From: Escherichia coli
Lineage (GTDB): Bacteria > Pseudomonadota > Gammaproteobacteria > Enterobacterales > Enterobacteriaceae
Direction: 5' to 3' (one strand)
Length of the DNA stretch: 10,467 bases
NCBI GenBank assembly: GCA_025544715.1
Contig: GCA_025544715.1_4109.7
Made by a program: the position numbers and the translations under genes
The notes under the pieces: generated by a model
Database searches by the model: none
What the model saw: only the letters and a program-made list of their open reading frames with translations
What the model was told of the DNA's origin: nothing
Part shown: one piece after another, positions 6,127 to 10,467 of the stretch
How the letters are laid out: every line of letters begins with the position of its first letter
How positions within the stretch are numbered: position 1 is the stretch's first letter

Positions 6127-6186
6127 AGGGGGAACCTCTCCCCCTTGCGATGTAAAATATTATACAGTACTAAAAACTATTATCAA
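6127..6186 (-). promoter_or_regulatory. promoter + 5' UTR stem-loop cassette (serves the gene across the N gap)
   Basis: TTGATA 6181-6186, 16 nt, TATAAT 6159-6164; stem-loop AGGGGGA/TCCCCCT 6127-6145. Confidence 0.6.
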
Positions 6187-6191
6187 GTACT

Positions 6192-6428
6192 TTATGATTT
6201 TTTATAAAACATTTCAGCAGTGATATTTTTACCCGTTGGCTGTACTTTATCCAGAATTTTTTGATGCCCTGGAAGTCCAAATGAATATGATCCGTAAACC
6301 GTAAACCAGTAGTTACCCTCAGTGTTTACATGTACAGCACAATAGGGAACGCCCCGCGATTCATCACCAATAAAGTGTGATACCGTTCCCGTTACATTAG
6401 CAGACGTTGATTTGATTTGTTCAAGCAT
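6192..6428 (-). CDS. hypothetical protein (78 aa)
   Basis: ORF track; SD AAGGAAT; cassette with stem-loop 6449-6467, -10 6477-6482, -35 6499-6504. Confidence 0.6.
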   Translation of the reverse strand: MLEQIKSTSANVTGTVSHFIGDESRGVPYCAVHVNTEGNYWFTVYGSYSFGLPGHQKILDKVQPTGKNITAEMFYKKS

Positions 6429-6448
6429 TTTCTTATTCCTTAGTTACC

Positions 6449-6504
6449 AGGGGGAACCGCTCCCCCTATGCAAAACATTATACGCGTTTAAAAACTAATA
6501 GCAA
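6449..6504 (-). promoter_or_regulatory. promoter + 5' UTR stem-loop cassette
   Basis: TTGCTA 6499-6504, 16 nt, TATAAT 6477-6482; stem-loop AGGGGGA/TCCCCCT 6449-6467. Confidence 0.6.
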
Positions 6505-6537
6505 GTATTTTAATAAAAAGTATTTGAAAAATAATTG

Positions 6538-6566
6538 TTGACAACTGCATCCAGTACTGGCATAAT
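6538..6566 (+). promoter_or_regulatory. plus-strand sigma70-like promoter, divergent from the 6449-6504 cassette
   Basis: TTGACA 6538-6543, 17 nt spacer containing AGTACT, CATAAT 6561-6566; no plus-strand ORF downstream. Confidence 0.5.
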
Positions 6567-6572
6567 TACTAC

Positions 6573-6680
6573 ATAAAGACGAGATAGTCACTAACCCACC
6601 GGGTGCATAGATCCGTCTATTAAATGATTCAGTACTGAAAAAGTAACGGGGAGTTATTATCTCCCCGCGTTGTTATTTGG
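6573..6680 (+). ncRNA. candidate small non-coding RNA (~105 nt) of the conserved-element family
   Basis: own promoter 6538-6566, conserved element 6581-6618, palindrome TTCAGTACTGAA 6628-6639, terminator hairpin 6647-6667 with U tract; longest ATG ORF is 4 codons. Confidence 0.35.
6647..6680. terminator. bidirectional intrinsic terminator
   Basis: CGGGGAG-TTATTAT-CTCCCCG hairpin; U-rich on the plus side (GUUGUUAUUU) and on the minus side (UUACUUUUUC); ends both the plus small transcript and minus gene 6673..6894. Confidence 0.6.
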
Positions 6681-6894
6681 TAAGGTATAAACAGAAGTCA
6701 CCTTTATTTGCTACGCCGCCAGTGTAACGCGATGAATAGTTAGAAACGTCCTGGACTTCTGCTATTACCAGTGTATCATCATTCAATTCGTCGCAGAAGC
6801 AAACGGCTGGATCTTTTACGCCGATCTTGTCGGCATGTTCCCGCATAGATTTAACCAGTGCTTCCAGTTGAGAAAGAGTAGTGATATTAGCCAT
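6673..6894 (-). CDS. hypothetical protein (73 aa; track ORF trimmed to MANITTLSQ...)
   Basis: ATG 6894 with SD GAGGAAA downstream of stem-loop 6914-6931; the track start at 6924 lies inside the stem-loop; bidirectional terminator 6647-6667 just after the stop. Confidence 0.6.
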   Translation of the reverse strand: MANITTLSQLEALVKSMREHADKIGVKDPAVCFCDELNDDTLVIAEVQDVSNYSSRYTGGVANKGDFCLYLTK

Positions 6895-6913
6895 TGTATT
6901 TTCCTCATTACCA

Positions 6914-6972
6914 GGGAGAACCATTTCTCCCCTCTATGTAAACTATTATACAGTACTGGAAACTAATTGCAA
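6914..6972 (-). promoter_or_regulatory. promoter + 5' UTR stem-loop cassette
   Basis: TTGCAA 6967-6972, 16 nt, TATAAT 6945-6950; stem-loop GGGAGAA/TTCTCCC 6914-6931. Confidence 0.65.
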
Positions 6973-6980
6973 GTACTTTT

Positions 6981-7184
6981 TTAATTTAATTGCTTTAAAA
7001 CATACTCAAAGACACCACGCACATCATTGATCATCGCCTGGCGGTTAGCAGGTAACGCACCAAGATCGCCACTATCCCAGGCATTGATAAAACTCCCCAA
7101 ATCATGATAGATTTTATTCTGTAAGCCGATCAACTGTAATTCTTTTTCTTCAAGCTCTTTAATACGGTCGATTAAAAGACTCAT
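6981..7184 (-). CDS. hypothetical protein (67 aa; trimmed to MSLLIDRIKELEE...)
   Basis: ATG 7184 with SD GAGGA; 17 nt after the stop of 7202..7489; shares a 20-nt RBS/start module with that gene. Confidence 0.5.
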   Translation of the reverse strand: MSLLIDRIKELEEKELQLIGLQNKIYHDLGSFINAWDSGDLGALPANRQAMINDVRGVFEYVLKQLN

Positions 7185-7201
7185 TAGATAATCCTCAGTA
7201 C

Positions 7202-7489
7202 TTAATTGTAAGATCCGCAACGGTTACAATAGTGCCCGTCTTCCTCGTCATCGTCAACGAATTGACTAACGAAATTATCTACTTTCTCTTTGAGATTCTG
7301 ATAATTGTTTTCTACTTCCTTTAAACGTTCCTGGTAGTATTCCAGTGCTTGCACATACGCCGCCTCAGCCGTTTTAGCTCTTAAGGCTAAATTCATGCCA
7401 CGCGTTTCATCGTACATCCAAAAGCCATCGGTGCACTCACTGATTGACAATGATTTGGTTAACACTTTATAGTCAATTACTTTGCTCAT
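7202..7489 (-). CDS. hypothetical protein with C-terminal C-x2-C (95 aa; trimmed to MSKVIDYK...)
   Basis: ATG 7489 with SD GAGGA 9 nt upstream; the track start at 7528 lies inside the hairpin 7508-7526; no own promoter, likely co-transcribed with 7546..7785. Confidence 0.55.
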   Translation of the reverse strand: MSKVIDYKVLTKSLSISECTDGFWMYDETRGMNLALRAKTAEAAYVQALEYYQERLKEVENNYQNLKEKVDNFVSQFVDDDEEDGHYCNRCGSYN

Positions 7490-7507
7490 TAGATAATCCT
7501 CAGTAAA

Positions 7508-7526
7508 GGCGGGAACCACACCCGCC
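7508..7526 (-). terminator. intercistronic GC hairpin (attenuator or processing site?)
   Basis: GGCGGG-AACCACA-CCCGCC between stop at 7546 and ATG at 7489; followed by UUUACU on the minus strand; preceded by the 14-bp palindrome 7531-7544. Confidence 0.3.
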
Positions 7527-7530
7527 ATTG

Positions 7531-7544
7531 ATTCAGTACTGAAT
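7531..7544. repeat. 14-bp perfect palindrome ATTCAGTACTGAAT
   Basis: self-complementary; related copies TGATTCAGTACT at 4902-4913, 5638-5649, 6625-6636 and in reverse at 10171-10185. Confidence 0.8.
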
Positions 7545-7545
7545 G

Positions 7546-7785
7546 TTACATTCCAACCATTGCAGCACGGATCGCCGTAGTGCTATACTTGAATCCGTCC
7601 GGCGTTGTAGTAGTACCGTTGGCTTTTAATCTGCGGTACATACATTGGGCCGCAATATCTTTAGTTTTACATTGTGCGATGCAACTTTGAGCAAGCCGAT
7701 ATAATGACTCACCGTTATTAATCCACAATGAAACATTCCAATGAGTTTTGTTTTTGTGCCCGTTGTAAGTTTTAGTACTAGCCAT
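7546..7785 (-). CDS. hypothetical protein, paralog of 9143..9382 (79 aa)
   Basis: ORF track; SD GAGGA; cassette 7808-7869; shares GHKNKTHWNVSLWINN and an identical C-terminal 19 aa with 9143..9382. Confidence 0.65.
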   Translation of the reverse strand: MASTKTYNGHKNKTHWNVSLWINNGESLYRLAQSCIAQCKTKDIAAQCMYRRLKANGTTTTPDGFKYSTTAIRAAMVGM

Positions 7786-7807
7786 TTTTAAATCCTCGTT
7801 TGATTGA

Positions 7808-7869
7808 GCAGGGGAACCATTCCCCCGCCTCGATATAAAGTATTATACGCCGTTAAACTTAGTTTGCAA
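7808..7869 (-). promoter_or_regulatory. promoter + 5' UTR stem-loop cassette
   Basis: TTGCAA 7864-7869, 16 nt, TATAAT 7842-7847; stem-loop 7808-7828. Confidence 0.65.
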
Positions 7870-7882
7870 GTACTTTTTTAAA

Positions 7883-8494
7883 TTAATATTCGATTGATTC
7901 TACTACGCCATCAATCACATTGAATTGATATTCGTTACCCTCGATCAGTGCTACGATGTTTTCAGTAGTGAATTGATCCTCATATGCATTCTCTAAATCA
8001 CGGTACAACTTGCGTGACAATTCACGAATAGTATCAGTGAGTAGTTCCTCAAGCTCATTAACTAACGTTTCTTGTTTTGCGGTTAAATCAGTGTAAGCCG
8101 ATTCAATGTACCCGCTTACAGTATTCTCATGCGAGTAGCGAGAGTGAGAACGCTTTACACTCATTGCCAAATCATCTTCATTCAGCAGGTGACGGATTGA
8201 GCGATACTTAGTTAACGCCTTAACCTTGCGTAAAAACTTCACTGCGTCAACGTGGTCAGTACTGATTGATGCACCGTCACCTTGCGACCAAAAACCACTG
8301 AATTGCAATTCCGCGTCAGTAATACCATACTCCGGCAACAATGTTTCTTTATAGTATTCATATACGCCCTCAGAAAAGAAATCATCACCGCTTGAACGTT
8401 CCCGATCCCGAACCAGTTCGATAGCTGACGTTTGTTGTTCTGCGTTCAATTCAGAAAAAGCCATAACATAAGTAGTAGTAGTGATAGTTTTCAT
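7883..8494 (-). CDS. hypothetical acidic protein (203 aa), largest ORF in the window
   Basis: ORF track; SD GAGGG 9 nt upstream of ATG 8494; promoter -10 8527-8532, -35 8549-8554, with a second complete cassette further upstream. Confidence 0.7.
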   Translation of the reverse strand: MKTITTTTYVMAFSELNAEQQTSAIELVRDRERSSGDDFFSEGVYEYYKETLLPEYGITDAELQFSGFWSQGDGASISTDHVDAVKFLRKVKALTKYRSIRHLLNEDDLAMSVKRSHSRYSHENTVSGYIESAYTDLTAKQETLVNELEELLTDTIRELSRKLYRDLENAYEDQFTTENIVALIEGNEYQFNVIDGVVESIEY

Positions 8495-8526
8495 TTTGTA
8501 ACCCTCATTCAGTAGTTGATGTAAGT

Positions 8527-8554
8527 ATTATACGCTTTTAAAAACAATTGTCAA
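8527..8554 (-). promoter_or_regulatory. sigma70-like early promoter, no stem-loop
   Basis: TTGACA 8549-8554, 16 nt, TATAAT 8527-8532. Confidence 0.55.
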
Positions 8555-8603
8555 ACTATTTTATCAGGGGAGTTTTTCGTAAGTCTTACTCCTGGACTAC
8601 TTA

Positions 8604-8671
8604 ACGGGGAGTTACTTATTCATTCCCCGTCCTGATGTAAAACATTATACGCCTTTAAACATAGTTTGCAA
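8604..8671 (-). promoter_or_regulatory. orphan promoter + stem-loop cassette with no ORF of its own (tandem with 8527-8554)
   Basis: TTGCAA 8666-8671, 16 nt, TATAAT 8644-8649; stem-loop ACGGGGA/TCCCCGT 8604-8630; the next ATG-initiated ORF is only 5 codons. Confidence 0.5.
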
Positions 8672-8708
8672 GTACTTTTTAAAAAATAGTTTTAATCACT
8701 TTTATATA

Positions 8709-8752
8709 GATACACTCCCGCACCCTATGGGCTATCGCCTTGTGTCCGGCTT
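8709..8752 (-). ncRNA. conserved element copy 4 (candidate small RNA or 5' leader)
   Basis: minus-sense ..GATAGCCCATAGGGTGCGGGAGTGTATCT behind promoter 8759-8787. Confidence 0.25.
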
Positions 8753-8758
8753 GTAAGT

Positions 8759-8787
8759 ATTATCTCACTAAGCCGGATAATGGTCAA
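8759..8787 (-). promoter_or_regulatory. sigma70-like promoter driving conserved element copy 4
   Basis: minus strand TTGACC (8782-8787), 17 nt, GATAAT (8759-8764). Confidence 0.35.
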
Positions 8788-8793
8788 GTACTT

Positions 8794-9060
8794 TTATTCA
8801 AGTACTGCAATCTTTTTAGTACTGTACACAGTAACACGGTTGCCCTTGCGGTCGTGCTTTATTTCTACCACGCGACGCGATACACTATCAGGACGCTTTA
8901 AAGCAGATAGCCAGTACTGAATAGATCGGGCTGTACTTCTCTTTACTACGGCCCAACGTTTACCACGTTCCGATTGTACGCCCATATCTTTAAACGTCGC
9001 CCCGTCCTGGCGTGCTGCAATCCGAGCAAGTTCACGCGTAGCAAAGTAAGTAATATTCAT
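8794..9060 (-). CDS. hypothetical basic protein (88 aa; trimmed to MNITYFATRELARIAARQ...)
   Basis: ATG 9060 with GGGG SD-like 9 nt upstream; the track start at 9114 lies upstream of the -10 (9097-9102). Confidence 0.5.
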   Translation of the reverse strand: MNITYFATRELARIAARQDGATFKDMGVQSERGKRWAVVKRSTARSIQYWLSALKRPDSVSRRVVEIKHDRKGNRVTVYSTKKIAVLE

Positions 9061-9096
9061 GCTGATACCCCTATCGTTGTTGTATAAAAGAAATCT

Positions 9097-9121
9097 ATTA
9101 TAAAGTACTATCACCGTGCAA
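9097..9121 (-). promoter_or_regulatory. degenerate cassette promoter (spacer only 13 nt)
   Basis: TATAAT 9097-9102 and TTGCAC 9116-9121 are too close for a canonical sigma70 promoter; looks like a cassette with ~3 nt deleted from the spacer. Confidence 0.25.
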
Positions 9122-9142
9122 TAGTACTTTTAATCTATTCTC

Positions 9143-9382
9143 TTACATTCCAACCATTGCAGCACGGATCGCCGTAGTACTATACTTGAATCCGTCCGGT
9201 GTTTTATCTTGTCCAGTCTGTTCTAAAAATAGCATCATATGACGGGCCGCATCATTGCGATTAGTGTTAGCGGCAATAAAGTCCAGGGCCAACCGATATA
9301 ATGATTCATCATTATTAATCCAAAGGCTTACATTCCAATGAGTTTTATTTTTGTGACCTAAGAACATTTTTGATTTAGCCAT
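9143..9382 (-). CDS. hypothetical protein, paralog of 7546..7785 (79 aa)
   Basis: ORF track; SD GAGGA 9 nt upstream of ATG 9382; cassette 9406-9462; near-identical nucleotide sequence to 7546..7785 at both ends. Confidence 0.65.
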   Translation of the reverse strand: MAKSKMFLGHKNKTHWNVSLWINNDESLYRLALDFIAANTNRNDAARHMMLFLEQTGQDKTPDGFKYSTTAIRAAMVGM

Positions 9383-9405
9383 TTTAAAATCCTCTGAATT
9401 ATGGC

Positions 9406-9462
9406 GGGGAACTATTCCCCACCTGATAGAAAGTATTATACATTAATCGAATTACTTTGCAA
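9406..9462 (-). promoter_or_regulatory. promoter + 5' UTR stem-loop cassette
   Basis: TTGCAA 9457-9462, 16 nt, TATAAT 9435-9440; stem-loop GGGGAA/TTCCCC 9406-9420. Confidence 0.65.
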
Positions 9463-9465
9463 GTA

Positions 9466-9657
9466 CTATTTTTTGCAATATTCGTAAATCTCTTTATATC
9501 CGCTTAGTACTACATCGCCCCGCTGCAATGTGATAGATTCGAAATCATCATGATTAACAGCGTTTAACCAGTTTAAAGCCTTCATCTTATTTGGGTATTT
9601 TTGTTCGTGCTGGTTTTCCCCATCAATCAACCAGTACTGTATAATTATCTCACGCAT
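9466..9657 (-). CDS. hypothetical protein (63 aa)
   Basis: ORF track; AAGGG SD; 11 nt after the stop of 9669..10031 (operon partner); stop TAG just upstream of the next cassette -35. Confidence 0.55.
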   Translation of the reverse strand: MREIIIQYWLIDGENQHEQKYPNKMKALNWLNAVNHDDFESITLQRGDVVLSGYKEIYEYCKK

Positions 9658-9668
9658 ACATATTACCC

Positions 9669-10031
9669 TTATTCGTAAATCTTGCCACTGTCAGCCCATA
9701 CCAGGAAACGCGGCATATTATCCCATGCATCTTGTTTCAAGTTTAAACCGTGTAATACTTCGGTACTTTCCATTCCTGGTACTGGTTTACTATACACCGC
9801 AAACATTTCGCCCATGTACTGATAAGCCATCGTTAAATCACTGGCGATCATCTTATGGATCATCGCATCAAGCATCACAGTAGCGGCGTATTGTTCACGC
9901 TTAAGCGGTAACATTTTAATAAGTTCCCGATAAGCTGAAATATGAATTTTTACAGTCTCAGCGGGGAGATCTTTCATCTCTTCACGAAAGTTAACCAGGT
10001 TAGCAATGATTTTAGTGATTTGAGTCGCCAT
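9669..10031 (-). CDS. hypothetical protein (120 aa)
   Basis: ORF track; ATG 10031 downstream of imperfect stem-loop 10052-10076 and promoter (-10 TAGAAT 10087-10092, -35 TTGCAA 10109-10114). Confidence 0.65.
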   Translation of the reverse strand: MATQITKIIANLVNFREEMKDLPAETVKIHISAYRELIKMLPLKREQYAATVMLDAMIHKMIASDLTMAYQYMGEMFAVYSKPVPGMESTEVLHGLNLKQDAWDNMPRFLVWADSGKIYE

Positions 10032-10051
10032 CGTTTTAATCTCTTAAAAGT

Positions 10052-10114
10052 GAGTCGGGAGCGTATCCCCCGTCTCGATGTAAAACATTCTACACCTTTC
10101 CCAATACGTTGCAA
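10052..10114 (-). promoter_or_regulatory. promoter + imperfect 5' stem-loop
   Basis: TTGCAA 10109-10114, 16 nt, TAGAAT 10087-10092; imperfect hairpin 10052-10076. Confidence 0.55.
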
Positions 10115-10348
10115 GTACTTTCTACAAATACTTTTAAAATAGTTTTCTTTCTATATAGGAGTACTATCATCCAGTACTGAATCAATCAAGGGAGTACAAT
10201 TATTCAGTACTATACCGTAAAACGGCCTCAGTCGCTTTCTAACGCATTAATACACCTAAGCTATACATTTGCACCACTCCCAACAATCCAGGGCGTTACA
10301 GGCCGTTTAAACGCGTTAAATTATTTTCAATTATTTTGTTTTTAGCTA

Positions 10349-10376
10349 TTGACTCAGTACAGAAAAAGCGTATAAT
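10349..10376 (+). promoter_or_regulatory. plus-strand sigma70-like promoter driving conserved element copy 3
   Basis: TTGACT 10349-10354, 16 nt, TATAAT 10371-10376; transcript start ATTACTACATAGACG.. matches that of the 6538-6566 promoter. Confidence 0.5.
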
Positions 10377-10382
10377 TACTAC

Positions 10383-10428
10383 ATAGACGCGAGAAAGCGG
10401 ATACCCCAGGGGGTGCCGAGATCCGTCC
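10383..10428 (+). ncRNA. candidate small RNA, conserved element copy 3 (3' end undefined)
   Basis: own promoter 10349-10376; element GAGAAAGCGGATACCCCAGGGGGTGCCGAGATCCGTCC 10391-10428 alignable with 6581-6618. Confidence 0.3.
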
Positions 10429-10467
10429 AAAATTCATAAAATTTAAAAAGGATACACTCCCGCACCT

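Noticed and set aside
555-9114. Longer N-terminal versions of several minus-strand ORFs in the track (555..803, 1429..1863, 2216..2398, 6673..6924, 6981..7220, 7202..7528, 8794..9114, 4921..5418)
   Set aside because: The extensions start upstream of, or inside, the promoter or stem-loop that serves the gene, lack an SD, and in one case begin with TTG; the first ATG with an SD downstream of the promoter was used instead.
9597-9625. Plus-strand promoter inside gene 9466..9657 (TGTATAAT at 9618-9625)
   Set aside because: No acceptable -35 at 16-18 nt; more likely an AGTACT-adjacent TATAAT by chance or a cassette fragment within coding sequence.
500-10114. CRISPR array (regularly recurring ~60-bp repeat)
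   Set aside because: Repeat units are promoters with -35/-10 hexamers, not short palindromic direct repeats; the intervening 150-600 bp are protein-coding with SDs; no cas genes.
9942-10142. Plus-strand ORF (66 aa)
   Set aside because: Antisense to 9669..10031 and runs through its promoter cassette.

Overview
AT-rich ~10.5 kb window that reads like the early-gene accessory (hyperplastic) region of a virulent T4-type phage; the architecture resembles what has been described for RB49/phi1-like genomes, but this is judged from the sequence alone, with no database search. All convincing genes are on the minus strand: about 29 small ORFs of 29-203 aa, none of which I recognise as a named protein. 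They are punctuated by about 21 copies of a repeated ~65 bp cassette: sigma70-consensus promoter (-35 TTGACA/TTGCAA, 16-17 nt spacer carrying AGTACT, -10 TGTATAAT), then in most copies a GGGGAG..CTCCCC stem-loop in the 5' UTR, then Shine-Dalgarno and ATG (often ATG GCT AAT). The A/T tract upstream of a cassette often supplies the stop codon of the preceding gene. Several ORF-track entries carry N-terminal extensions that run through these promoters; I trimmed starts to the first ATG with an SD downstream of the promoter, and added seven ORFs under 60 aa that the track omits. Other signals: a 98-nt N run (5956-6053) flanked by an exact 57-bp duplication (assembly join); Rho-independent terminators built from a shared module; five copies of a short conserved element, four with their own promoter, on both strands (candidate small RNAs); and a roughly 15-fold excess of the palindrome AGTACT in coding and non-coding DNA. 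No tRNA, rRNA, CRISPR array, integrase or transposase was seen. All plus-strand ORFs in the track look spurious.
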